Source: an uncultured bacterium (GTDB taxonomy: Bacteria; Krumholzibacteriota; Krumholzibacteriia; Krumholzibacteriales; Krumholzibacteriaceae). Taken from it: a stretch of 64,000 nt of DNA. The stretch spans positions 4,993 through 68,992 of the forward strand of contig CBDUQN010000007.1 of NCBI GenBank assembly GCA_965369375.1, written 5' to 3'. A model generated the notes under the pieces. It was not told the origin of the DNA. It did no database searches and was given only the letters and a program-made list of their open reading frames with translations. Numbering within the stretch: position 1 is the stretch's first letter; each line of letters starts with the position of its first letter. The position numbers and the translations under genes are program-made. Below are positions 31,805 through 41,534 of this stretch, piece by piece.

Positions 31805-31826
31805 TTCCTTCTTTTCCGCTTTGCCT

Positions 31827-32102
31827 CTATCCATCGACTTTTTTCTGAAACTTGCTCTCGAACAATTGCACGAGACACGAAAGAGCGTCACCCTCATCCG
31901 TGCCATCGGCCTTTATCTTAAGCACCGACCCGAATTCAGCTCCGAGACCGGCGACACCAAGAATGCTCTTCGCATTGACTTCCTGATCATCCTTGGCAAT
32001 CGTGATCTCCGATTTGAACATGCTTGCGGTCTTCACCAGCTCACTCGCCAATCTCAGGTGAATCCCGTTTTTGTTCTCTACTGTTACGCTGTCTGAAACC
32101 AT
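31827..32102 (-). CDS. ptsH: phosphocarrier protein HPr
   Basis: 91 aa starting from MVSDSVTVENKNGIHLRLASELV, with the active-site His region GIHLR; the longer track ORF has a non-homologous N-terminal extension. Confidence 0.8.
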   Translation of the reverse strand: MVSDSVTVENKNGIHLRLASELVKTASMFKSEITIAKDDQEVNAKSILGVAGLGAEFGSVLKIKADGTDEGDALSCLVQLFESKFQKKVDG

Positions 32103-32157
32103 ATCTACAGTGTATTGGCTTACAATTGATTCCAAAAAAGGTTCCGCGTGCAACGGT

Positions 32158-32886
32158 CTACCAGAAGTAGAGCAATAACAAGAACACGCAAAAAACGATC
32201 GTAACACTCGGCAGGAGGGAAAACCGTTTCCGCAAACCCACCATCATTGCCACGGCAGCCACACCCATCACGGCAAACCGGACCCCGCCCGCCTCCAGGG
32301 CTCTGGTGAAGGCGAGTGCTGCAAATGCTCCCGCGGCGAAAGCAGCACATCCACCCAGTAATCCCTGTTCTCTGAAAAGTCGTGCGATGAGCTCCCGTCC
32401 GACTCCCTCACGCAACTGAACACTCCCCAGATAACCACCGAGCCTCGAACGGAAGTGGTAAATATTATAAAGAGCAAGGAAGATTACCAAACCGATGTAT
32501 GATTGATAAATAGCAAAAATACTGGCAATTGTCAATGCCAGCGGGAGTAGAACGACATCGAAGAAATAATCCCCCTTCGCCGTTGAAACCGAAGAAATGG
32601 CTCTCTTGACGCTTTCGATCCGCTCGCGGGATATATCCTCGCCCGCCGACCTTCGCTCCTCGAGGCTCACGACAACGCCGACGACAACCGAGGCAAGAAT
32701 GGGATTTGCGTTGAAATACCCGAGGTGTCCCTTCGCGAGCTCCTTGAATTCTCTATCGGTCCCGGCCAGCCTCGAGAGGTGCGGGGATAGGGCATGGTAG
32801 AAGCCCAACCCATCGATTGTTCTGCTGTTTCGCGAGCTCGCGATGAAAAACAGCCGCCAGAGGGTATTGAGATGGCGCTTCCACAT
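32158..32886 (-). CDS. PTS mannose/fructose/sorbose family EIID component
   Basis: C-terminal 242 aa of the 506-aa track ORF, starting MWKRHLNTLWRLFFIASSRNSRTIDGLGFYHALSP, align to the ManZ N-terminal region. The upstream part of that ORF is an out-of-frame overlap with the EIIC gene. Confidence 0.8.
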   Translation of the reverse strand: MWKRHLNTLWRLFFIASSRNSRTIDGLGFYHALSPHLSRLAGTDREFKELAKGHLGYFNANPILASVVVGVVVSLEERRSAGEDISRERIESVKRAISSVSTAKGDYFFDVVLLPLALTIASIFAIYQSYIGLVIFLALYNIYHFRSRLGGYLGSVQLREGVGRELIARLFREQGLLGGCAAFAAGAFAALAFTRALEAGGVRFAVMGVAAVAMMVGLRKRFSLLPSVTIVFCVFLLLLYFW

Positions 32887-32888
32887 AG

Positions 32889-33584
32889 TCAACCTCTCGT
32901 GAGAAACAGCACGTAAACGACGAGAAAACCCGCGCCGAACCAGAAAATATGCATTTTCTTGATATGAAACCGCACGAGCGAGCCGATGCCGATAAAGGGA
33001 GGAAGTAGGTAGAACAGATCGAGCGACCCTCCCTCGCGGACAAAGACCGTCAGTAGAAACGACAGAACAAACCGAACAACAACGAGCACGACGAAGAGCA
33101 GCACGAACCCGAATAAAAAATGCAGCATAACGGTGGCGAGATGGGCGACGGACGCCGCCGTCCTGCGACCTCTTCCGATATTCGAAAGGGCGAAGACGGA
33201 AAGACGGTACGAATAACTTTCCCAGAGGGTATATGCCCGGCTGCCGAGGTATGATACGCCCAACGCAACGAGAAGTGACAGAACGAGGATGAGTCCCCCC
33301 AGAACGGGATCCTCTCCGAAATGCCTGGAGACGAGTATGAAGAGAGAAGCCGCCGTCACGCCGCCGAGGGTCAGATCCGGATTCTTCTCGCCCCTGAGCG
33401 TAACGACGCCGAGAAACATCATCTGAAATAGTGCCCCGGCGAGAAACCCCGCTGCAGGTGATCCGAGGATGAGACCTATGATCGCCCCGCTGCAGATCGG
33501 CTGTGAAAACAACAGCTTCAGTGAAGTCCGGTTGTCTAGAGCACACAAGCCGCCGAACAGCGAAGCGGAAAGTATTGGATTCAA
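32889..33584 (-). CDS. PTS mannose/fructose/sorbose family EIIC component
   Basis: 231-aa polytopic membrane protein resembling ManY (…ICSGAIIGLILG…). Confidence 0.8.
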   Translation of the reverse strand: MNPILSASLFGGLCALDNRTSLKLLFSQPICSGAIIGLILGSPAAGFLAGALFQMMFLGVVTLRGEKNPDLTLGGVTAASLFILVSRHFGEDPVLGGLILVLSLLVALGVSYLGSRAYTLWESYSYRLSVFALSNIGRGRRTAASVAHLATVMLHFLFGFVLLFVVLVVVRFVLSFLLTVFVREGGSLDLFYLLPPFIGIGSLVRFHIKKMHIFWFGAGFLVVYVLFLTRG

Positions 33585-33602
33585 CGAGGCTCAACGCTCC
33601 TT

Positions 33603-35759
33603 TCATTTCCGCGCAGGGCCGGCGCGCAGGCGCACGACAATCTCCGCTGTCGCTCCGGGTTCGAGATCGAGGCGCCAAACCGGGACAATGGCTGAACCCT
33701 GATACACCCTTTCGAAGCCCGCTTCGGAGCTCGATACCGTCTCGATCGGGAATCGCCAGAAACGCGCCTTGGGCTCAAAGTAAAATTCCACGCTGACATC
33801 GAGCCATTCATCGACGATTGATACGGAACCGACATCCGGTTCCTCCCCCTTCGAAGCGAGGTGCTTTTCGGCGGGCTCCCTATCGGAAAATCTGAAATAG
33901 CGATCAGGCGCCTCGCCCGCGAGAAACGACAGCACGCTTTCAGAGCCGAAGCAGCACTGCAGCCCGTGCCCCGTAGATGCTATTCGATACCGGACCTCGA
34001 ACTCGGGATCGGATGCCGATATGAGTACTTTCTTCGAAACCGATACCGGAACCGCTTTGTCTCTAACCCTCACCGTTCCATCGCGTTCGAACACAAAACA
34101 TTGACCGCCTTCCGACTCTCCGATCTCCAAGCGATAAAATCCGTTAATAAAATCTCCCCGTTCCTCGTATGAAGCCTTCGAATAGGAATCGAGATCGACG
34201 TCATCGGAAAAGAAGTGGTCGAGAAACGACGATCTGATGTGAAAATCATAGATGAGATATTTATCGAGGCTTTTCTCCTTGGCGGTTGAAATGTTATGGA
34301 TGCTTGTCGCTTCATCGATCCCACTGCTTTTATTCGCGGAGATCGAAGCAAGCCTCCTGTGATAGAGCTCTTTGCGCCGTGTGAGGGTATCAGTGAGATT
34401 GAAGGCGGGAGAGCGCAGGTCGAATTCGCGCAGCGCCGCCCCCCGCAAGGTCCATATCGTTCTCACGGCGCCCGCCGCGACAACGAGCTCGTCCGAGCCA
34501 TCACCGTCGATGTCCCGACGGTAGTATTTCAAGAACGGTCCCTCGCCGTACAGCTTCTTCTCTACGGCGTTCTCAGCGGACACGAGATGGCTGAAAATCG
34601 CGCTCCTCAGGTGTGGAAGGTAGAGCCCGCCGAACAGCCCATGCCAGTACGCGCAATTGCACTGAGCCTGATAGAGGTGGCCGCGCGCCTCCCTCCAGAC
34701 CGCATCTTCGCCGTGCTCCACCCGGTACTGCTCGAGCAGCTCGCTCACCGACATCATCCGTTTGTGCATCCAGTTGCTCTCTTCGTACTTGATGAGAAAG
34801 TTGCGCCACAAACCTCCCCTCACGAGCGTTGCCGGCTCTTCGAAATCCCCGCTGTTTTCGAGAAGATCTTTCGCCGCTTCGTATCGCTCCTGGGCCCGAA
34901 GCGGCAGGGCCCATTCCATCATCTCGGTGTATGCCGCCGTCGGCAGGTACACGATCCCGATCGGAGAGTGCGCATCTATTACTTTTGAAAACAACGTCAT
35001 CTCCAGCCACGCTGCGTTCTTCATCAAGGCATCACAGAACCGCCGGAGCCAGCCATGCTTATAGCAGAGATCGTGAGTTCCCGGCCAGAGCCCGAATTTC
35101 TCCCCGTCATCCGCGAGCACCACTATCCCGCGCGAATCTCCGGCCTCGGAGGCGACCGCTTTCAGGTACGAGATCGCATCGCCGGGATCGCTGAACGGGA
35201 TCAGATAACGGAGTTTCTTGTCGATGGGAAAAACATTGATATACTTTCCATCCTCCTCGGTACGAAAGTATCCTCTCATCTCCTCAGAGCTGAATCCGGT
35301 GCTCTTGAAATGCGCATCATCGACGATCGTATATTCGAGTCCCGCATTGGAGAGGGTTTCCGGAAGGTGGGGCTCCCAAATGCGCTCGGTGAGCCAGCAT
35401 CCGCGAGGCGTTATATGGAAACGCTCGCGCAGGAATTCCCTCATAACCCCGAGCTGGCCCTGGCGGTCACGCTCAGGTATGACGGACAGAATCGGTTCGT
35501 AGTATCCACCGGACATCAACTCCACCTGTCCGCGGGAAACCATCTCACCGAGACGCTCTGCGTATTCGGGGTGTCTCTCGATGAGCCAATCCCAGAGAAC
35601 TCCGCTATTGTGGAGGGCGAACGGGATTTCGGGATAACCATACAGGATTTCCAGAAACGGCAGGTATGCCTGCCGGTAGGCCTCTTCGAAAACATGGTCG
35701 AAGTTTCCCACCGGCTGATGATTGTGCAGTCCGAGAATGAAAGAAATTTTTTTTGCCAT
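33603..35759 (-). CDS. glycoside hydrolase family 57 4-alpha-glucanotransferase (Thermococcus litoralis type), cytoplasmic
   Basis: 718-aa ORF with collinear GH57 signatures: GLHNHQPVGNF, catalytic Glu in WLTERIWEP, catalytic Asp in ADDGEKFGLWPGT, LRYLIPF, GGLWRNFLIKYEESNWMHKRM, AQCNCAYWHGLFGGLYLPHLR, and the C-terminal RFPIETVSSSEAGF. No signal peptide. Confidence 0.9.
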   Translation of the reverse strand: MAKKISFILGLHNHQPVGNFDHVFEEAYRQAYLPFLEILYGYPEIPFALHNSGVLWDWLIERHPEYAERLGEMVSRGQVELMSGGYYEPILSVIPERDRQGQLGVMREFLRERFHITPRGCWLTERIWEPHLPETLSNAGLEYTIVDDAHFKSTGFSSEEMRGYFRTEEDGKYINVFPIDKKLRYLIPFSDPGDAISYLKAVASEAGDSRGIVVLADDGEKFGLWPGTHDLCYKHGWLRRFCDALMKNAAWLEMTLFSKVIDAHSPIGIVYLPTAAYTEMMEWALPLRAQERYEAAKDLLENSGDFEEPATLVRGGLWRNFLIKYEESNWMHKRMMSVSELLEQYRVEHGEDAVWREARGHLYQAQCNCAYWHGLFGGLYLPHLRSAIFSHLVSAENAVEKKLYGEGPFLKYYRRDIDGDGSDELVVAAGAVRTIWTLRGAALREFDLRSPAFNLTDTLTRRKELYHRRLASISANKSSGIDEATSIHNISTAKEKSLDKYLIYDFHIRSSFLDHFFSDDVDLDSYSKASYEERGDFINGFYRLEIGESEGGQCFVFERDGTVRVRDKAVPVSVSKKVLISASDPEFEVRYRIASTGHGLQCCFGSESVLSFLAGEAPDRYFRFSDREPAEKHLASKGEEPDVGSVSIVDEWLDVSVEFYFEPKARFWRFPIETVSSSEAGFERVYQGSAIVPVWRLDLEPGATAEIVVRLRAGPARK

Positions 35760-35775
35760 TTCTCCCTTCGGGTTC

Positions 35776-36249
35776 CTATACGACCTTTGAATTCATGATT
35801 ACCGGATTGTGATCCGGCAGCGCTCGCGCCTCGAGTGTCACTCCCCGCTTGACGAGTTCCCGCAGCACCTGCCGCTCTTCCTCATCGAGATACACGAAGT
35901 CGAGGTACTCTTCCCTGCCCTCGCGGTAATGGAGGCCGCCTACATTCACCTCATCCACCGCAAGGCCGAGCTCGATTAGCCTGAGAATGCTCCTGGGAGA
36001 GCGAACGAGGAGGATAATCCGTTCCTTGTCGAAAACCCCCCCGCTCACCTGCGCCTTTGTCTCCTCGAGCGAAAGGATAGAGACTTTAATCTCCGGCGGG
36101 ACCGCGGTCAAGTAGAGATTCTTCTCCCATTCGGTAGATGCAACCTCGTCATCGGCTATGACGATACGGTCGGGATGAAGCGCGCTTCCCCATCCGATCA
36201 CAACCTGGGCATGGATCAGTCGATCATCGATTCTGACAAGGGTAATCAA
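35776..36249 (-). CDS. PTS mannose family EIIB component
   Basis: 157-aa ORF with the hallmark phospho-His motif LVRIDDRLIHAQV; TTG start with an in-frame stop immediately upstream. Confidence 0.85.
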   Translation of the reverse strand: MITLVRIDDRLIHAQVVIGWGSALHPDRIVIADDEVASTEWEKNLYLTAVPPEIKVSILSLEETKAQVSGGVFDKERIILLVRSPRSILRLIELGLAVDEVNVGGLHYREGREEYLDFVYLDEEERQVLRELVKRGVTLEARALPDHNPVIMNSKVV

Positions 36250-36277
36250 AGGCTACTGCACCACCGCCATTGTATGA

Positions 36278-36327
36278 GGGACCATATTCCAAGATTCTGC
36301 TCTCGCGGGGGACCATATTCCAAGATT
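36278..36327 (-). promoter_or_regulatory. two 19-bp direct repeats (GGGACCATATTCCAAGATT) 31 bp apart in the EIIA-EIIB intergenic spacer
   Basis: Exact duplication read directly from the sequence at 36278-36296 and 36309-36327; lies in a 108-bp gap inside an otherwise tightly packed operon; candidate internal promoter or operator. Confidence 0.4.
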
Positions 36328-36357
36328 TTTTCTTTGCGGCGTGCAATCGGATACCTA

Positions 36358-36765
36358 TCAGAGATCAATGACCTTGACGCTCTCGCGGCCGCGGCGTATG
36401 AGATGATCCACCATGTCCAGGAAATTCATCGAAGATCGCTTCGTGAGAAAATCAAGCAACAGCGGCAGATTAACGCCGCTTATCACTTTCACGCCTGCGA
36501 TCCCCTGGGTGGCGCGGACGCTGTTTGCGCAGCACGACCCTCCGAAATAATCGACGAACAGGAGGACGTTGGCGCTCCCTGTTTTATCGATTATCTTCCT
36601 GATCTTGAGAATTATATCCTCGTCGCACAGGTCTGAACCGGATATTGCGTAACAGTTGCTTATATTACCGACAATGAGCTCGGCGGTGCGCAACAGCTCC
36701 TCGCCGAGCTGACCGTGCGTTACCAAGATTCCTATCGTTTCCAATTGTGCTTGCTCCGCGTTCAT
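36358..36765 (-). CDS. PTS mannose family EIIA component
   Basis: 135-aa ORF with active-site His motif GILVTHGQLGEEL. Confidence 0.8.
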   Translation of the reverse strand: MNAEQAQLETIGILVTHGQLGEELLRTAELIVGNISNCYAISGSDLCDEDIILKIRKIIDKTGSANVLLFVDYFGGSCCANSVRATQGIAGVKVISGVNLPLLLDFLTKRSSMNFLDMVDHLIRRGRESVKVIDL

Positions 36766-37742
36766 TCCGTGTCGAATTTGAGATACCTTCTCGTCTTCTT
36801 GTCACTCTCCATCATGTCGACCAATCGTTTGTCGAGGCTCTTCGCCGCATCGATACCATAGACTTTGAGCATATGATTGAGCGCAATGGACTCCGATATC
36901 ACGGTAATATTCTTCCCGGGATAGATAGGAATTACGAGCTGCCTGACCGGCACTCCCAGAATGTCCGTTGTTTGCTCATCGAGGCCGACTCGTTCCCAGT
37001 CTTTCGTTGCGTCCCATTCATCGAGCCTGACCACAACCTCGATACGCTTTTGTATTCTCACCGCACGGATGCCGAAGATGTCCATGACATTGATAATCCC
37101 AAGGCCCCTGATCTCCATGAAATGGCGCAGATGCTCCCCTCCCCTCCCAATGAGCACATCACGGTGCCTGACTATCTCGACGACATCATCCGCCACGAGC
37201 CTGTGCCCCCGCTCCACGAGATCGAGCGCGATCTCGCTCTTTCCGATCCCGCTACGTCCCAGAATCAGGAGCCCTACACCATACACATCTACGAGCGATC
37301 CATGTACCTGAGTCATCGGAGCAAATACGTTTTCGAGGTGGGTGGTCAGTGAATGTATGAAGGGGGTCGTTGAGAGCGGCGTTCGAAAGATCGGCACCGA
37401 GTTCTGTTCGGCCAGCGGCACGAGATCCTTCGGCACGTCGAGTCCCTTGGTGACAATGATGCAGCAGAGCTGCTCTGTAAACAATCTCGCGATGGAGTCG
37501 TGCTGGTCCGCCTCCCCGAGCAACTGCAGGTAGAGAAGCTCCGTCTCGCCGAGAATCTGGATCCTCTCGCTGAGGTAATTCTCCATGAAGCCCGTCAGGG
37601 CAAATGATGGTCGGTGAATATCCGGAACCGTTATGCGGATGACGCTCTCGAAACTCGATGTCAGAGCCTCGAATTCGAACTCTTCGGACGTGTCCTTGTA
37701 GAAATCCTCAACTGAATACTCCTTCAACACGAAACCCTCCAC
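36762..37742 (-). CDS. hprK: HPr kinase/phosphorylase
   Basis: 326-aa ORF with Walker A GRSGIGKSE and the HprK signature LVADD..E. Confidence 0.9.
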   Translation of the reverse strand: MEGFVLKEYSVEDFYKDTSEEFEFEALTSSFESVIRITVPDIHRPSFALTGFMENYLSERIQILGETELLYLQLLGEADQHDSIARLFTEQLCCIIVTKGLDVPKDLVPLAEQNSVPIFRTPLSTTPFIHSLTTHLENVFAPMTQVHGSLVDVYGVGLLILGRSGIGKSEIALDLVERGHRLVADDVVEIVRHRDVLIGRGGEHLRHFMEIRGLGIINVMDIFGIRAVRIQKRIEVVVRLDEWDATKDWERVGLDEQTTDILGVPVRQLVIPIYPGKNITVISESIALNHMLKVYGIDAAKSLDKRLVDMMESDKKTRRYLKFDTE

Positions 37743-37795
37743 TCGTGTTCGATAGGCTTGGGCGGCGAACAGGGCGGCGCCGTTTCCCCGAGACC

Positions 37796-38341
37796 CTACC
37801 CCGACGTATCCACGACGCCGTAATGCCCGTCAGGCCGTTTATAGACGAGATTCAGTTTACCTGATTCCTTGTTATTGAAAAGAAGAAAATGCTCTTCCTG
37901 GTCCTCCATCAAAATAATTGCTTCTTCGACACTGAACTCCGGAACATTGCGCGGAACGATTTCTATCACTTGCGGTGAACCGACTCCGATGCTTCCGGAT
38001 TCGATGATGTGCTCATCGGGGGCTGTTTTCATTACTGCCTTTCGCGGCTTGTGTTGATTCGATATGATCTTTCCCTTGAATTTCTTCATTTGCCTTTCGA
38101 GGTGCTTGGCGGCTCTGTCAACCGAGGTCATCATATCCTCGGATTCCTCTTTAGCCGCAAAATCGTGTCCGTTGACATGAACATTCACTTCGGCGATATG
38201 ACGAAACTTCTCAACTGTCATAATGACATCTACAGTGAGAATGTGATCGAAAAAACGCTTGAGCTTTGCCAGCTTTCTCTCGGTAAAATCGACAAGATCC
38301 GGGCTGGCATCAAAGTGTCTTGCAGTGGTCGTCAGCTTCAT
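37796..38341 (-). CDS. hpf: ribosome hibernation promoting factor (long form, with C-terminal dimerisation domain)
   Basis: 181-aa ORF with N-terminus MKLTTTARHFD...L…KL.RF; in the canonical position after rpoN. Confidence 0.85.
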   Translation of the reverse strand: MKLTTTARHFDASPDLVDFTERKLAKLKRFFDHILTVDVIMTVEKFRHIAEVNVHVNGHDFAAKEESEDMMTSVDRAAKHLERQMKKFKGKIISNQHKPRKAVMKTAPDEHIIESGSIGVGSPQVIEIVPRNVPEFSVEEAIILMEDQEEHFLLFNNKESGKLNLVYKRPDGHYGVVDTSG

Positions 38342-38376
38342 TTCACATTCCTCCTCGTCTCATGTGCCGGCCGGCG

Positions 38377-39264
38377 TCAAACGGCCGCTCGTGGGATAGC
38401 GAGGCTGTTTTCCTGATAGGAACTGCGTACGAGAGGACCCGACGCTACCTCCAGGAAACCCATTTCGCGGGCAATCTTTCCTATGTCCGAAAAAGTCTCC
38501 GGTGGGATATATTCGACGACAGGAACCTGCTCAACGCCCGGGCGGAGGTACTGGCCGACGGCAAGGTAATCACACCCGACGCGCCTCAAGTCCCGAAAAG
38601 CCTCGATAACCTCATCCAGCGTCTCCCCAAATCCAAGAATCAATGCTGACTTTGTCATCACCTCCCCTTCAATCTCCTTAGCCATTTTCAAGAGTTGAAG
38701 CGACCTGTCATAATAGGCGCCTCTCCTTAAGGTACGATATAGCCTCTTAACGGTTTCCATATTATGAGAGAGTATATGCGGCCCCGCATGTAGAACGGTC
38801 TCGAGCGCCCGTTCGCTGCCGCTAAAATCAGGAATGAGCACTTCGATCGCCGGAGCGGGCTCGCGTTGCTTAAGAGCCCGAATGACGGCCGCATAATGAC
38901 CGCTGCCGCCGTCGGGGAGATCATCCCTCGTCACCGAAGTAACGATAACGTGACCGAGGTCGAGCTCACCGGCAGCTCCCGCTATATTTTCCGCCTCCTT
39001 GCCGTCGGGCGGAAGCGGCATACCCTTTTTAACCGAACAGAACCGGCATTCCCTCGTGCAGACATCCCCAAGGATAATGAATGTCACCTTGCCGCGTGAA
39101 TAGCATTCCGCCCTGTTGGGACAGAGGGCTTCCCGGCATACGGTATGGAGCTTGTACTTTCCTACGACTTGCTCGATGCGGCTGCATTCGGTAACGTGGG
39201 GTATTCGCCTCCTCAACCAGAAGGGGAGCCTATCGGGGCGTGCACAGTCTGTTGATATTGTCAT
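38377..39264 (-). CDS. lipA: lipoyl synthase
   Basis: 295-aa ORF with two Cys clusters, CPNRAECYSRG and the radical-SAM CTRECRFCSV. Confidence 0.85.
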   Translation of the reverse strand: MTISTDCARPDRLPFWLRRRIPHVTECSRIEQVVGKYKLHTVCREALCPNRAECYSRGKVTFIILGDVCTRECRFCSVKKGMPLPPDGKEAENIAGAAGELDLGHVIVTSVTRDDLPDGGSGHYAAVIRALKQREPAPAIEVLIPDFSGSERALETVLHAGPHILSHNMETVKRLYRTLRRGAYYDRSLQLLKMAKEIEGEVMTKSALILGFGETLDEVIEAFRDLRRVGCDYLAVGQYLRPGVEQVPVVEYIPPETFSDIGKIAREMGFLEVASGPLVRSSYQENSLAIPRAAV

Positions 39265-39296
39265 GTATCGTCTCTTACCACGAAGGAAGAGTCCGC

Positions 39297-40757
39297 CTAG
39301 TATTGCTTTCTATGTCGCGCCGGCAGAATGCCGAGCTGCTCACGGTACTTGGCTACCGTCCTCCTCGCAATAATCAATCCGTCATCTTTGAGTATATCAG
39401 CAATTTTCTGATCGCTCAATGGCTTCTTTGTATCTTCCTTGGCAATTATTCCCTTTATATTCACCTTGGCGCTCTTGGCCGATACCTCCTCGCCGGAGTA
39501 CGTGCCGAGCGCGGAACTGAAGAAGAATTTGAGCTCGTAAACGCCCCGCGGGGTTTGCACGTATTTGTTTGTGGTAACACGACTTACCGTTGATTCGTGC
39601 ATGCTGATCTTGCTCGCGACCTGCTGAAGCGTCAGCGGCTTCAGGCTGGCGGTGCCTTTTTCGAAAAATTCCCACTGCTCCTCGACGATACTTTCCATCA
39701 CCTTAATCATCGTCCGCCGCCGCTGCTCGATCGTCTGTATCAGCCACTTTGCGTTCTTCAGGCGCCCCTGGATAAAATCCTTCGTTTCATTGCTGATAGA
39801 GGGATTGCGCTGTAACTCATTCTTGTATGCCTGACTTATCCTGAGGCGCGGTATATTGCGGTCGTTGAGGAAAACGATGTACTTATCGGCAACCCGCTCG
39901 ACGATCAGATCGGGAATGACGTACTTAGGCTCGTCGGCGAGTATATCGAGTCCCGGCTTCGGATTAAGCATTCCGATCACATGTGCCTGTTCCTGAACAT
40001 CCTTGAGCGTCAGCTTGAGCTTCTTGCTGAGATCCAGATATTTCTTATGCTTGAACTCCTCGAAGTGATCGCGAACGATCCGCGCGGCCATGCTCTCACC
40101 CATCCCGTTCGCCTCGAGCTGGATGAGAAGGCACTCCTTGATATCCCGTGCGCCGACGCCGGGCGGATCGAATGTCTGGATAATTTTCAGAACCTTCTCG
40201 ACATCCTTCGACGTCACGCCGAAGGTGTTCACAATCTCCTCGAGCTCACAGGTCAGATAGCCGGAGTCATCGAGGCTGCAGATTATGTATTCGCCGATCT
40301 CGAGATCGTGTTCGTCATTCGTGGCGAGTCTGAGCTGGCTCATCAGAAATTCCGCGAAGCTCTGCTTGGCGATGGGAACACGTTCGACAAACTCTTCTCG
40401 CTCTTCCTGCTCCGCATACCCCCTGCTGATCTCGTAGCCGGTCTCTATGTAATCTTCCCAGTTTATTTCGTCCTTTTGCTTTTCATCCTGATCCTCGTTT
40501 TCAGCCTCCTCATCCTCCGCCTGATCCTCTTCCTCCATCGGCTCCAGCATTTCCTCTTCCTCCGTCTCGAGCATGGGGTTTTGAAGGATCTCCTGCTTGA
40601 GGACCTGCTGTAGCTCCTGCGTCGGCATCTGGAGAAGCTTGAGCGCCTGCTGGAGCCTCGGTGTCATGACAAGCCGCTGTACCATCCCGATGTGTAATCC
40701 GATTTTCATTTCCATACGAAAGCTATCCTCCATCTCAAAGACGAAAGTCCTCTCCAA
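39297..40757 (-). CDS. rpoN: RNA polymerase sigma-54 factor
   Basis: 486-aa ORF with a Gln/Leu-rich region I, an acidic region II, and the C-terminal HTH plus RpoN box [10 protein letters not shown]. Confidence 0.9.
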   Translation of the reverse strand: MERTFVFEMEDSFRMEMKIGLHIGMVQRLVMTPRLQQALKLLQMPTQELQQVLKQEILQNPMLETEEEEMLEPMEEEDQAEDEEAENEDQDEKQKDEINWEDYIETGYEISRGYAEQEEREEFVERVPIAKQSFAEFLMSQLRLATNDEHDLEIGEYIICSLDDSGYLTCELEEIVNTFGVTSKDVEKVLKIIQTFDPPGVGARDIKECLLIQLEANGMGESMAARIVRDHFEEFKHKKYLDLSKKLKLTLKDVQEQAHVIGMLNPKPGLDILADEPKYVIPDLIVERVADKYIVFLNDRNIPRLRISQAYKNELQRNPSISNETKDFIQGRLKNAKWLIQTIEQRRRTMIKVMESIVEEQWEFFEKGTASLKPLTLQQVASKISMHESTVSRVTTNKYVQTPRGVYELKFFFSSALGTYSGEEVSAKSAKVNIKGIIAKEDTKKPLSDQKIADILKDDGLIIARRTVAKYREQLGILPARHRKQY

Positions 40758-41457
40758 GGTAAATCTCTCTCACGTGAGGATCCGATGCCAGCTCGTCCGC
40801 AGTTCCGGACCGCCGTATGCTGCCCTCATACATGATATACGCCCTATCTGTTATTGACAACGTCTCCCTGACATTGTGATCCGTTATCAAAACGCCCAGC
40901 CCTCTCTCGCGGAGCTTCTTTACGATCGCCTGAAGGTCGGCGACCGCTATCGGGTCGATGCCGGCAAACGGTTCATCGAGAAGCATAAAGGCGGGATCGG
41001 TAACGAGCGAGCGGGTGATCTCCACCCTGCGCCTCTCCCCGCCGGAGAGCTGGTATCCATAGCTTTTTCTCAGATGTTCGATATTGAGCTCGTGCAAGAG
41101 ACCCTCGAGTCTTTCCTTTCGCTCTTTCTTGGATATCGGGAGCGTTTCGAGAATCGCCATGAGGTTTGCCTCGACGGTCAGGCGTCTGAAGATCGAAGCC
41201 TCCTGGGGAAGGTATCCGATTCCCTTACGTGCGCGCTTGTACATCGGCAGTCCCGTAATTTCGTCTCCTCCGAGGCTGACATGGCCGGCCTCCGGCCTGA
41301 TCATGCCGACAATTATGTAAAAGCAGGTCGTCTTGCCGGCACCGTTGGGACCGAGCAGGCCGACAACCTCTCTGCGGCGCACCTTTATCGAGACCTTATC
41401 GACGACCCGACGTTTCCCATAGCTTTTCACCAGCCCCTCGCATGAGAGCTCGGTCAT
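40735..41457 (-). CDS. lptB: LPS export ABC transporter ATP-binding protein
   Basis: Walker [10 protein letters not shown], signature LSGGERRR and Walker B LLDEP; sits directly upstream of rpoN. Start moved to the ATG at 41457 ([19 protein letters not shown]). Confidence 0.85.
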   Translation of the reverse strand: MTELSCEGLVKSYGKRRVVDKVSIKVRRREVVGLLGPNGAGKTTCFYIIVGMIRPEAGHVSLGGDEITGLPMYKRARKGIGYLPQEASIFRRLTVEANLMAILETLPISKKERKERLEGLLHELNIEHLRKSYGYQLSGGERRRVEITRSLVTDPAFMLLDEPFAGIDPIAVADLQAIVKKLRERGLGVLITDHNVRETLSITDRAYIMYEGSIRRSGTADELASDPHVREIYLGEDFRL

Positions 41458-41534
41458 TCCGCCGGCTTCGGTGGTCTCGATAGATTCGGCTGCGGTCTCA
41501 GTCATTGCCCTCTTCCTTGGATTCGGTCGCGGTC

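Noticed and set aside
32158-33678. 506-aa minus-strand ORF spanning the EIIC and EIID genes
   Set aside because: Its N-terminal 264 codons overlap the EIIC gene in another frame and read as Arg/Ser-rich nonsense. ManZ homology begins at an internal ATG (32886), one codon after the EIIC stop. It is not a fusion gene.
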